A stretch of 64,000 nucleotides of DNA, taken from NCBI GenBank assembly GCA_965284645.1, contig OZ260106.1:2815747-2879746 (forward strand), given 5' to 3'. Origin of the DNA: an uncultured Bacteroidia bacterium. Its GTDB lineage: Bacteria > Bacteroidota > Bacteroidia > JAIBAJ01. How positions within the stretch are numbered: the stretch's first letter is position 1; each line of letters starts with the position of its first letter. The position numbers were made by a program, and so were the translations under genes. This document shows positions 1 to 8,968 of the stretch, piece after piece. Under the pieces are notes generated by a model. It saw only the letters and a list, made by a program, of their open reading frames with translations. It was not told the origin of the DNA and did not search any database.

Positions 1-177
1 GATTATGCTTTGGAATCAGGAGAAGTTAAAGATTATAACTACAATGAAGCCCAATTGTTTATGAAACTTCCCACCCCTAATGTTGGGATTTCTCAATTCA
101 AGATTACACCCACCCAAAAATATAAGGTTTCTTATAACGCCGGAAAAGGAAAATTGGAGCTTCAAGGCTACCATTAG
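1..177 (+). CDS. 3' end of an unidentified upstream gene (partial, continues left of window)
   Basis: Frame 1 is open from the window start to TAG at 175-177. No recognisable domain in the 58 aa visible. Confidence 0.3.
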   Translation, partial: DYALESGEVKDYNYNEAQLFMKLPTPNVGISQFKITPTQKYKVSYNAGKGKLELQGYH

Positions 178-236
178 TCCAAATTATAACTTTTATTTCC
201 ATTTTCACTTTATCTTAGCCACCAAATTACCAGTTT

Positions 237-3200
237 ATGCAATCCCGAATTATTGCCTGTTTAACCGCTCTTTTTTTTCTAAATACATCCTTACAAGCCC
301 AAACTATTTACCATGATGGTTCTGATTATACGGAATTAGAGGTGCAGTTTGGACAAGTTGTTTTTAGACAAGTTGAGACAAACCAAGGTATAGCCTCCAT
401 TCCTTCTTTGGAAAATACAGTTCCTCTATTAAAAAAAGGTGCACCTCAATTGCTTTCGCGAGCCGTTTCTTTGGCCATCCCTAACAAGGCTGTGGCTTCC
501 ATAGAAATTATTTCGGTTGAAAGTCAATCCTATGCCAATTTTAATATCGCACCTTCAAAAGGCAATTTGAAAAGAAACCAATCTCCAGCCACTGTTCCTT
601 ATTATTATGGACCAATTTACCAACAGAATGCGCTTTTCCCAGCACAACCTGCCGAAATCAGCCATACCTATAACATGAGGTCTGTAGATGGTACTTGCCT
701 AAAGTTCTATCCCCTTCAATACAATCCGGTTACCAAAGAATTGGTTCAATATTCTTCCATACGTGTTAAAGTAACCTATGCTTATCCAAACGGTCAGGAT
801 TTTCGTAAACCTGCTCTGTCCAAAAGCTTTTCTTCCGTTATGTCTCGTCATTTCAGCAATTTCGGACAAGCGAAATACAATACGGTAGCACATGGTGAAA
901 ACATGGTAATTATAGCGCCTTCCAACTATTTCGAGACCTTAGCTCCGTTTATTTTATGGAAACAACAAATCGGTTATCAAGTAAAGTTAACGGATTATGC
1001 TACCCTTGGAAACGAAGAAGCCCTAGACCAATATATTGAAAACGAATACCTTAATAATAATGTAGGCTATGTGCTTTTGGTGGGAGATCATGAACAAATC
1101 CCTGCCTACAATACTAATTATGGCTACAGTGATAATTACTATGCCATGATCCAAGGAGATGACTGGTATCCAGAATTGTTTATGGGACGTTTTTCAGCTG
1201 AAAATACTACCCAGTTAAATACAATGGTGCAACGGGTTATCCGCTACGAGAAATTCCCACAAGACAATGGGAACTGGTATAGTGAAGCGGCTTGTATTGG
1301 CTCAAGTGAAGGACCAGGCGATGACAACGAAATTGATTTTGAACATGAAAGAGTGATTGCAGGGAAAATGACTGGCTATACTTATACACACGCCTACGAA
1401 CTATATGATGGTAGCCAAGGTGGAAATGATGCCGCTGGAAACCCAACCCCTGCCGATTTAGGAAATGTCCTTGAAAGTGGTGTGTCGTTTGTAAATTACA
1501 CTGGACATGGAAGCGAATATTCCATTGTTACTACGGAGTTTAGCAGCAATGAAGTGAATCTCTTAAATAATAAAGATAAATACCCGGTTTTTGTTTCGGT
1601 GGGATGTGTTAATGGAAATTTTACCGGAATGACCTGCTTTGCCGAAGAATGGATTCGTGCTACCGACGACAATGGAAATCCAGCAGGTGCTATCGATGCC
1701 ATGATGGCCACCATCAATCAAAGCTGGAACCCACCCATGAGTGCCCAAGATGAAATGGTTGATATCCTTACTGAGCAATATGCCGGATTCAATCCAAAGA
1801 ATTTCGGATGTATTGCCAACAATGGTTTAATGAAAATGAATGACGATTACGGCGATGCAGGAAGTGAAATGACCGCTACTTGGGTGATTTTTGGTGACCC
1901 TACTACAATGGTGCGCACAGCAGTTCCGTCGCCTTTAATCCTTTCCCATGTGCCAACTTCGCCCATCGGTACTTCCTCTTTAACCGTAAGCGGAAATGTG
2001 GAAGGAGCCGTGGTTTCGGTGACTCAAAATGGAGTAGTGCTGGCAACCGGAACCATTTCAGGTGGTTCAGCTGTTTTGAATTTCAATCCTTTATCCTCCT
2101 TGGATAGCCTTGAAGTAATTGGTTTTTCATTTAATACCAAACCTTATTTGGGCGGTGTAACCATTGTTCCGAATTCAGGTCCTTTTGTAGGTAACCACAA
2201 TTGGAATTTAGCAGATTTGAATGGAAATGGACAGCAAACCGCAAGTTACAATGATACCTTAAGGGTTTTATTCAATTTGGAAAATGTTGGTAATGGTCCT
2301 TCCAATAATGTGGTGGGCACCCTTACTACAACCGATCCCTATATTACCATCCTTGACAATACAGCCAATTTCGGTGATATGGTAGCCGGAAATTACAGCG
2401 GATTGATTGATGCTTTTGGTATCAAGGTAGCCACCTATGTCCCCAATAACCACCAAGCTTCTTTAAACGTATCCTTGTTAGATGATGCCGGAAATACTTG
2501 GAATTTCACGGTTCAGCTAACCATCTTGGCTCCGGTTCTGCAGGTAAGCGATAATTACTTTACCGAAACCTCTGGCCAAATCAATCAAAGCCTCGAAAGT
2601 GGCGAGAATGCTGATGTAGTATTGGTGTTGAATAACCTAGGAGGCGCTTCTTCTCCTGATATTTTTGGAACACTTTCTACTTCCAGTAGTTTTGTACATA
2701 TTGTAAACCCAAATGTATCCGGAAATCCAATTTCTGTTGGCAATGACGATATGTACACTTTTCAAATTGAGGTGGATGCCGATGCTCCTGTAAACAGCTA
2801 TGCCTACTTCACCTACACCGCTGCTGGCGGACCTTATGGCGATACTTTCCAATTCTCGATTCCGGTAAACCAAATTTTGGAAACCTTCGAAACTCAAGAT
2901 TTCTCCAAGTTCGATTGGTCCTTCTCCGGCACTGAACCTTGGATTACAACATCTTACCAACCTTATGAAGGAAATACCTGTTCCAAATCTGGAGCTATTA
3001 CCGATAGCCAAACTTCTATCTTACAATTAACCATAGATGTTGCAAACCAAGACAGTATTGCCTTTTTCTTCCGCACTAGCTGCGAACTGGATTGGGATTT
3101 CTTGAAATTTTTCATCAATGATGCTCAACAAAACCAATGGACAGGTGAAACCCCTTGGAACCGCGTAGTCTACAGTGTAAACCCAGGAGAAAATACATTT

Positions 3201-3566
3201 AAATGGACCTACGAAAAGGACGAATACTATTCCGATTTGGAAGATGCCGTTTACCTTGATAATATTCGTTTACCTCTAGAAGTAAAAGAAGATACAACCT
3301 CTAGCATAGCTGAAAACAAGTCTTTCGTAGGTATGGTTTTGTCCCCAAATCCAGCCAGCCAAAACGTTTCCATACAATGGAATGGTTTCAATACAACCGA
3401 AACCTTGGTTCGCTTGGTAAACAGCTTTGGTCAGGTGATCGCGATTAAAGAAGCCAGCAACCTAGATAAAGTAAGCTTCCACGTTCAAGGCTTGGCAAAA
3501 GGACTTTATCAGGTGGAAGTGTTAGACTCAAAAAACCGAATCACCCAAAAATTGATTATTGAATAA
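237..3566 (+). CDS. Peptidase C25 (gingipain-like) family secreted protease with T9SS/Por C-terminal sorting domain
   Basis: N-terminal signal peptide. Gingipain-like catalytic region (VGDHEQIPAY, YTGHGSEYS, VSVGCVNGNF His/Cys dyad context). 1109 aa with Ig-like middle domains. C-terminal ~80 aa beta-rich tail (KGLYQVEVLDSKNRITQKLIIE) typical of T9SS CTD. Confidence 0.85.
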   Translation: MQSRIIACLTALFFLNTSLQAQTIYHDGSDYTELEVQFGQVVFRQVETNQGIASIPSLENTVPLLKKGAPQLLSRAVSLAIPNKAVASIEIISVESQSYANFNIAPSKGNLKRNQSPATVPYYYGPIYQQNALFPAQPAEISHTYNMRSVDGTCLKFYPLQYNPVTKELVQYSSIRVKVTYAYPNGQDFRKPALSKSFSSVMSRHFSNFGQAKYNTVAHGENMVIIAPSNYFETLAPFILWKQQIGYQVKLTDYATLGNEEALDQYIENEYLNNNVGYVLLVGDHEQIPAYNTNYGYSDNYYAMIQGDDWYPELFMGRFSAENTTQLNTMVQRVIRYEKFPQDNGNWYSEAACIGSSEGPGDDNEIDFEHERVIAGKMTGYTYTHAYELYDGSQGGNDAAGNPTPADLGNVLESGVSFVNYTGHGSEYSIVTTEFSSNEVNLLNNKDKYPVFVSVGCVNGNFTGMTCFAEEWIRATDDNGNPAGAIDAMMATINQSWNPPMSAQDEMVDILTEQYAGFNPKNFGCIANNGLMKMNDDYGDAGSEMTATWVIFGDPTTMVRTAVPSPLILSHVPTSPIGTSSLTVSGNVEGAVVSVTQNGVVLATGTISGGSAVLNFNPLSSLDSLEVIGFSFNTKPYLGGVTIVPNSGPFVGNHNWNLADLNGNGQQTASYNDTLRVLFNLENVGNGPSNNVVGTLTTTDPYITILDNTANFGDMVAGNYSGLIDAFGIKVATYVPNNHQASLNVSLLDDAGNTWNFTVQLTILAPVLQVSDNYFTETSGQINQSLESGENADVVLVLNNLGGASSPDIFGTLSTSSSFVHIVNPNVSGNPISVGNDDMYTFQIEVDADAPVNSYAYFTYTAAGGPYGDTFQFSIPVNQILETFETQDFSKFDWSFSGTEPWITTSYQPYEGNTCSKSGAITDSQTSILQLTIDVANQDSIAFFFRTSCELDWDFLKFFINDAQQNQWTGETPWNRVVYSVNPGENTFKWTYEKDEYYSDLEDAVYLDNIRLPLEVKEDTTSSIAENKSFVGMVLSPNPASQNVSIQWNGFNTTETLVRLVNSFGQVIAIKEASNLDKVSFHVQGLAKGLYQVEVLDSKNRITQKLIIE

Positions 3567-4953
3567 CGTGAATAATGTATGCAACAAAGGCTGGATTCTT
3601 ATAGGATTCAGCCTTTTCTTTTGTTTAGGCAGCCAAGCCCAAAATAATGATTCCTTGATGGTGGCCAGGTTTTTTGAGCTGGAGCAGTCAAAAGGACTTT
3701 GTTACAGCGAACTTCGCGACCTATGTAAAAAGGTAGGGCATCGCCTCAGTGGTTCCCCTCAGGCAGAAAAAGCAGTGGATTGGACCGAAACCGAAATGAA
3801 GAAAATGGGACCTGATAAGGTGATCAAACAAGCTTGCATGGTTCCGCATTGGGAAAGAGGTCGTCCAGAGGTTTGTGTCATAAAATCCAATCCCGAACCA
3901 ATTTATTTAGATGTACTTGCCTTGGGAGGTTCCGTTGAAACCGGTGCCTCTGGAATTGAAGCTGAAGTGGTTATGGTGAAGGATTATGAGGAATTGAAAG
4001 CCTTGGGCAAAACCAACATTCAAGGCAAAATCGTGTTTTTTACCGTGGTAATGGATTCAACCCTCGACAATGCTTTTAATGCCTACAGTAAAGCCGTCAC
4101 CTACCGTTGGAAAGGTCCATCCGAAGCTGCTCGCTATGGCGCCCTTGCTTCCGTTGTGCGCAGTATGTGTACCCGAACCGACGATTATCCGCATACCGGT
4201 ACCATGCGCTACAACGATAGTCTGCCCAAAATTCCTTGCTTTGCCATTAGCACCCTGGATGCCCAAACCTTGCAAAGGCACCTCGCCTCAAAACCTTCCG
4301 ATAAGCTTTATTTACAATCTTCCTGCAAATTTTTCCCCGATGCTCCTTCCTTTAATGTCGTGGCTGAATTGACCGGTTCCGAATTCCCGAACGAAATCAT
4401 AACCCTCGGCGGACATTTAGACAGTTGGGATGTAGGTGAAGGCGCCCACGACGATGGAGCAGGGGTGGTGCAATGCATGGAATTGCTGCACTTGTTTAAA
4501 ACCATGAAAATTAAGCCAAAACGAACTATTCGGGTGGTAGCCTTTATGAACGAGGAAAACGGTGGAAGAGGAGGGAAGGAGTATGTGGCTTTTGGCCAAG
4601 CAAACGAGAAGCATATAGCTGCCTTAGAAAGTGATGAAGGCGCAGGTGCACCTATGGGTTTTGGCATTTCCGGTGCGAGCGAGCAATTTTATGGAAAGGT
4701 AAAAAAATGGGAATCCTATTTCAAACCGTTTGGACTCTATCAATGGCCTCACGAAGGTGGCGGAGCCGATATTGAACACTTGGTGGAGCAAAAGAAATGC
4801 CTTTCTATCGGATTTATTCCCGATCCCAGCAAATACTTTCATTACCACCATTCCCGGGCTGATGTATTTGAGAATGTGAACGAAGCCGATTTAAAGAACG
4901 GGGCAGCCTCCATTGCTGCCTTTGTATGGCTGCTTTCAGAGTACGGCTTGTAA
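3559..4953 (+). CDS. M28 family zinc aminopeptidase/peptidase (secreted)
   Basis: Signal peptide. M28 zinc-ligand block GGHLDSWDVGEGAHDDGAGV and ...FMNEENGG... Start overlaps the C25 gene by 8 bp, consistent with translational coupling. Confidence 0.85.
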   Translation: MNNVNNVCNKGWILIGFSLFFCLGSQAQNNDSLMVARFFELEQSKGLCYSELRDLCKKVGHRLSGSPQAEKAVDWTETEMKKMGPDKVIKQACMVPHWERGRPEVCVIKSNPEPIYLDVLALGGSVETGASGIEAEVVMVKDYEELKALGKTNIQGKIVFFTVVMDSTLDNAFNAYSKAVTYRWKGPSEAARYGALASVVRSMCTRTDDYPHTGTMRYNDSLPKIPCFAISTLDAQTLQRHLASKPSDKLYLQSSCKFFPDAPSFNVVAELTGSEFPNEIITLGGHLDSWDVGEGAHDDGAGVVQCMELLHLFKTMKIKPKRTIRVVAFMNEENGGRGGKEYVAFGQANEKHIAALESDEGAGAPMGFGISGASEQFYGKVKKWESYFKPFGLYQWPHEGGGADIEHLVEQKKCLSIGFIPDPSKYFHYHHSRADVFENVNEADLKNGAASIAAFVWLLSEYGL

Positions 4954-5020
4954 ATCAAGTAGTAAACCAAACAATTTTGATTTTTTTCCGCCGATAATTT
5001 GGATTTTTTGATATTAGCTA

Positions 5021-5028
5021 TACCTTTG
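5021..5028 (+). promoter_or_regulatory. Bacteroidetes-type -7 promoter element TACCTTTG (TAnnTTTG) with TTTG at about -33 (4998-5001) upstream of ORF 5052
   Basis: Sequence match to the TAnnTTTG consensus about 24 bp upstream of the GTG start. A TTG-containing -33-like element lies 19 bp further upstream. Confidence 0.35.
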
Positions 5029-5051
5029 TTCCCCTCTGTAAATTCGAAAAA

Positions 5052-5693
5052 GTGAAAAAACTACTACTAGGCTCCTTTTTATTTCTTGCCCTTACTGTTC
5101 AAGTAAAAGCCCAAGGGAATACCAGCGGAAACGTTGGAGTAGGCACCACCACCCCGCAAATTGATGCCGTTTTAGAAGTAACAGCTACCGATCGTGGTAT
5201 GTTAATTCCTCGTTTAGGAACAGCTGCCATCAATTCAATTTTCACAACATTTGGTCAATGCAACCCCGGTTTATTGGTTTATAATACCGACGAGAGCCAG
5301 TTTTGGTATAACAGTTCAACTTCTTTAAGTGCTCCTCCTGTTTGGGTTCAATTTCCTACTCGTATTTGTCCAACCAATTTTGTACCAGTTAATGAGTCGT
5401 ATTGCATCCTCAACAACGAGCAAACGGCCGATACTTGGTTTATGGCTGTAACCAATTGCGGTAATTTTGGTGCCAATGGCGTACCGGCTCACCTGTGCAC
5501 TTGGGCTGAGTGGTACAATGCCTGCCCCAATGCTGGAACCTTATTAATAAGCAACATGACAGGCAACAACGAATGGGTCGACGACGCTACCGGACCAAAC
5601 GAGGCCAAAGTAGTAGGAGGCACCAACTGCAGCAGTTCAGGCGAGGCCGCGGTGAATACCCAAAACACCTACCGTTGCTGCTTCAGACGTTAA
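5052..5693 (+). CDS. Secreted Cys-rich protein with tail-fibre-like N-terminal motif (GNVGVGTTTPQ..L.V....GMLIPRL...GLLVYNTD..FWYN)
   Basis: GTG start. Signal peptide MKKLLLGSFLFLALTVQVKAQ. Eight Cys in the C-terminal half. The N-terminal motif is shared with two internal segments of the 721-aa ORF at 59919. Confidence 0.55.
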   Translation: MKKLLLGSFLFLALTVQVKAQGNTSGNVGVGTTTPQIDAVLEVTATDRGMLIPRLGTAAINSIFTTFGQCNPGLLVYNTDESQFWYNSSTSLSAPPVWVQFPTRICPTNFVPVNESYCILNNEQTADTWFMAVTNCGNFGANGVPAHLCTWAEWYNACPNAGTLLISNMTGNNEWVDDATGPNEAKVVGGTNCSSSGEAAVNTQNTYRCCFRR

Positions 5694-5712
5694 ATCTATA
5701 GCAAAACTTACC

Positions 5713-5750
5713 GAAGCCGAATTTGATACCTCAAGTTCGGCTTTTTTATT
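5713..5750 (+). terminator. Rho-independent terminator after ORF 5052-5693
   Basis: 13-bp stem AAGCCGAATTTGA/TCAAGTTCGGCTT (one mismatch), 4-nt loop, followed by TTTTTTATTT. Confidence 0.6.
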
Positions 5751-5800
5751 TCCACTTGGTTTCCAATCCTTCACCAGCCAAGCCTAGGTTTTCTTTTAGG

Positions 5801-6152
5801 AATAAAAATGTGGCGGGCCCTTTTCGCCCAAAACCATTAGCACTTTATATTAGCTGAACTGCCAGGCGAAAAGGCCGGGCTATTCGCTGCAAATCCTCGC
5901 GCCTTTCGCTTACGCTCAGGCCGCTGTGGGTTTTCCGCTGCTATCCCTGCCCGGAAACAGCGTGCGGATACTTGGGTTTTAGTGGTTTAAACCCAGATTT
6001 TGCATTAGAAATCCATAAACGATTAACCCGTTGTAAATCAATTTGTATGGCCCAATTGATAAAAACTGCTATCCCGAAATTTCTTTGGGAGGGTAAACCC
6101 AACTAAATCAAGTAGTTCGGATTAATAATTCCTCCTATTGATTTGGGTTAAA
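5801..6152. repeat. Mosaic interspersed repeat locus 1: module B (minus, 5801-5957) + module A (plus, 5987-6152)
   Basis: B core ...GGCGAAAAGGCCGGGCTATTCGCTGCAAATCCTC...CTGTGGGTTTTCCGCTGCTATCCCTGCCCGG is the reverse complement of the B copy at 44352-44485. A copy begins TTAAACCCAGATTTTGCATTAGAAAT and ends ATTGATTTGGGTTAAA. Confidence 0.85.
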
Positions 6153-6432
6153 TGGAGAGATGATGAAAGTGGTTATATAACTGTTTTGTGGAAGAAAGAA
6201 GAAGGAAATAGGAGATGATAAACTTATTTTGGAGTTCCAAATAGCTCACCTAAATATACCTATTGGGGTATAAAGAAATGGTATTTTATTTTTTCTTTGG
6301 GAAGTATTTGGAAATTACCTACTCCTATTTTTGAAGGCAGATTTGGTAAAAAGAAATTTAATGGCAACTAGATGTAATTTAGAGGTCATTGAAAGACGAC
6401 TCACATAAATCACAATTAATGACATAGAATTA

Positions 6433-7002
6433 ATGCAAGACTTTATTGACCAAGCAAATAAAAATGGTGTAACACTTCTCGACAAAGGAAGGTGTCAATT
6501 TTGTGGTGCAGACTATCAAAAGGGCATTTTTGAATGTATGGACAATTATAACCATGGACTTCAATTTTTGGACTTTGTTAATCCAGAACATCAAATTTCA
6601 AGGTTTTTAAGCGTAGATGCTCATGCTTTACAACACCCAGAAATTCACGGACGGTGGAGCAATCATTTTCATTTAACAAGACTGAACATAATTCTTGACA
6701 AAAACCAAACTTGGGACTACAAAAAATCACCAATACTCAGTGACTATTTGAACGCATACAAACTAAATAGACCGAATGAGTTTCTTTCCATCCCGAAACC
6801 ATTAGAAAGAGGAAAAATAACAGCAAAAGAGTTGATTAAGGCGACATCAGCAGACGAATGTGTTGCACTAATAAAAAACTGGGCGGACGAAGTATATCAT
6901 TCATGGAGTTCAAGTTATTCAATAGTTTCTCAAATTGCAGACGGTTTTTTAGACAACATTTACAATGGAAAAACACATGACAGTAAAACAACGAACCGCT
7001 AA
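6433..7002 (+). CDS. Hypothetical protein (Cys-rich N-terminus, CxxC...C, no recognised family)
   Basis: 189-aa ORF in the AT-rich islet. GRCQFCGADYQKGIFEC suggests a small metal-binding knuckle. No family recognised from sequence. Confidence 0.45.
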   Translation: MQDFIDQANKNGVTLLDKGRCQFCGADYQKGIFECMDNYNHGLQFLDFVNPEHQISRFLSVDAHALQHPEIHGRWSNHFHLTRLNIILDKNQTWDYKKSPILSDYLNAYKLNRPNEFLSIPKPLERGKITAKELIKATSADECVALIKNWADEVYHSWSSSYSIVSQIADGFLDNIYNGKTHDSKTTNR

Positions 7003-7133
7003 CAAAGGGCAAGCTCAGAGTACGTCACAAACTGCAGGAAACGAACATAAAAACTGAAGACAACATTCAATCCCTTCAAAAACAAAAAGACCATCAAATC
7101 TTTAAAAGCAAAAAATAGCTACCAAGGAATATT

Positions 7134-7523
7134 CTATTTGCTTTTCAATTTTTGTTTATTTAATTTATAATCGACACCCCACTTTGCCATAGTTTGTATA
7201 ACTGGCGACAAAGTAAGACCAAACTCCGTTAGGTTATATTCTACTTTGGGTGGTATTTCTGCATAAATTTTTCTACTAATAATTCCATCATCTTCTAATT
7301 CTCTTAACTGTTGTGTAAGCATAGATTGAGTGATGCCCACTACACTGCGTTTCAATTCACCAAACCTTGCAGGGGCTGTATGGTAGATTGCGTTGATAAG
7401 AATAGGCTTCCATTTTCCACCTAAAACCTTCATCGTTGCAGTTACTGGACAATTATTCTCATCAAAAATAAAAGTTTTTTTAGTTTCAATTAACTGATTA
7501 TCAATATTAGTATTTTTATTCAT
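7134..7523 (-). CDS. HxlR-family winged-helix transcriptional regulator
   Basis: Canonical HxlR core CPVTATMKVLGGKWKPILINAIYHTAPARFGELKRSVVGITQSMLTQQLRELEDDGIISRKIY. Divergent from a YciI-like gene. Confidence 0.85.
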   Translation of the reverse strand: MNKNTNIDNQLIETKKTFIFDENNCPVTATMKVLGGKWKPILINAIYHTAPARFGELKRSVVGITQSMLTQQLRELEDDGIISRKIYAEIPPKVEYNLTEFGLTLSPVIQTMAKWGVDYKLNKQKLKSK

Positions 7524-7617
7524 ACTTACTTTGCTTTAATGTCCTACTTGTTGAATTTAAAATAACATTGTTTTTTTGCACTACAAATATAAATAGAACA
7601 ACTTAAAAACAAACAAA

Positions 7618-7959
7618 ATGGAAAAATTCATTCTTATTTTTAGAGGTGGTAATACGCATATTTCCACTGCTAATTCACAAGCCGCAATGGACATAATTAA
7701 AACTTGGGACAATTGGATGCAAGGACTTGCCGAAAAAGGAATTCTTGCTGGAGGCGATGCTCTGCAAGTATCAGGCAAGAATGTGAAAAGTTCAAAAAAA
7801 GTAGTTTCAGATGGTCCATATGCTGACGGAAATGAAATGGTTGGTGGCTACTTAATAGTAAATGCAAAAAACATTGAAGCAGCTGTTGAAATTTCAAAAG
7901 GTTGTCCGATTTTAAGTGAAGAAGGAAGCGTTGAAGTTCGCCCAATTCAATTAAGATAA
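7618..7959 (+). CDS. YciI-like (DGPF domain) small protein
   Basis: 113 aa. ...GGYLIVNAKNIEAAVEISKGCPIL...VEVRPI matches the YCII-related fold family. Classic divergent partner of HxlR regulators. Confidence 0.75.
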   Translation: MEKFILIFRGGNTHISTANSQAAMDIIKTWDNWMQGLAEKGILAGGDALQVSGKNVKSSKKVVSDGPYADGNEMVGGYLIVNAKNIEAAVEISKGCPILSEEGSVEVRPIQLR

Positions 7960-8011
7960 ATACAAAGTATGGAGTATTCTTCAGCGTATTAAGACATCAA
8001 CAAAACTATTG

Positions 8012-8055
8012 ACCATCTTTTTCGCAATAAAGCGAGAAAGATGGTAGTTTTTTTT
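8012..8055 (+). terminator. Rho-independent terminator after YciI-like gene
   Basis: ACCATCTTT ... AAAGATGGT 9-bp stem, 16-nt loop, followed by AGTTTTTTTT. Confidence 0.6.
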
Positions 8056-8253
8056 ACACCAATTCAAAAAAGCAATCTTGGCAAGCTAATAACAAGCCAA
8101 CGCTTCAAGACAATTCCAAACCTTGGACAATTTGACCTAAAATACTAAACGTTAGCACCTAGCATAGACTCCGGTTTGGGCGATTTGTACATTTGAGTTG
8201 TCACAAATTTCCACAAGAAAGGTGAAAGATGGTTGTTGAAAATAGTTTCTCTT

Positions 8254-8341
8254 TTTGCGACAGGATGTTGTAAGAAGAGCACTATTATTGTTACAGTCAA
8301 ACAGAATATTTGTCGCAAATATTTACTAATTTTGCGACAAA
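8254..8341 (+). promoter_or_regulatory. Operator/promoter region of the abiEi-abiEii operon: perfect 11-bp inverted repeat plus an extra upstream half-site
   Basis: Perfect 11-bp inverted repeat TTTGTCGCAAA (8309-8319) / TTTGCGACAAA (8331-8341) with an 11-bp spacer. Third half-site TTTGCGACA at 8254-8262. The palindrome overlaps a TAATTTTG (TAnnTTTG) -7-like element at 8327-8334, about 26 bp upstream of the TTG start. Confidence 0.55.
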
Positions 8342-8359
8342 ATTTAAAAAGTCATAACC

Positions 8360-8968
8360 TTGCAAAGTATTGAAAAGCAAATAGAAAAGGTCATTAAAAG
8401 CAAACCAAGAGGTTCATTGGTGTTACCTGCTGATTTTTTGCTCTATGGAACATCAAAGGCTGTTCAAAAATCATTAGAACGCTTGGAAGAAAAGCAAGTG
8501 ATTGTTCGAGTAGCGCATGGTATTTATGTACGTCCAAAAATAAGTAAGCTAATTGGGCCACTTACCCCCTCAGCGGAAGAAGTTGCGGAGGCTATTGCCA
8601 AGCGAGACAGGATACGCACTGTACCTACAGGTAGTTATGCTTTGAATGCATTAGGGTTGAGTACTCAAGTGCCGATGAATATTGTGCTACTTACTGATGG
8701 TTCACCTCGAGAAATAAAAGTAGGCAAACGAACCATAAAATTTAAGAAAACCACACCTAAAAACCTGTTGGCAAAAGGCAAAATAAGTCGCTTGGTAATT
8801 CAAGCCCTTAAAGAGATAGGCAATGGGAAAGTAACAGAAGATGAAGAAATAAAAATATTGGATATACTTAAAAAGGAAAACGAAAAAAAACTAAAAAACG
8901 ACATTGCTCTTACACCTGTGTGGATTCAAAAAATAATGAATAAAGCATTGATCATTGGCAAAGATTGA
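8360..8968 (+). CDS. AbiEi-family type IV toxin-antitoxin antitoxin / transcriptional regulator
   Basis: TTG start. About 200 aa with an N-terminal winged-HTH-like segment (GSLVLPADFLLYGTSKAVQKSLERLEEKQVIVRVAHGIYV). Sits immediately upstream of, and overlapping, an AbiEii nucleotidyltransferase gene. Confidence 0.7.
   Translation: MQSIEKQIEKVIKSKPRGSLVLPADFLLYGTSKAVQKSLERLEEKQVIVRVAHGIYVRPKISKLIGPLTPSAEEVAEAIAKRDRIRTVPTGSYALNALGLSTQVPMNIVLLTDGSPREIKVGKRTIKFKKTTPKNLLAKGKISRLVIQALKEIGNGKVTEDEEIKILDILKKENEKKLKNDIALTPVWIQKIMNKALIIGKD

Noticed and set aside
80-316. 78-aa ORF overlapping the start of the C25 protease gene
   Set aside because: Out of frame with, and overlapping, a strongly supported 1109-aa gene with a proper signal peptide. 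Low-complexity translation. Likely spurious.
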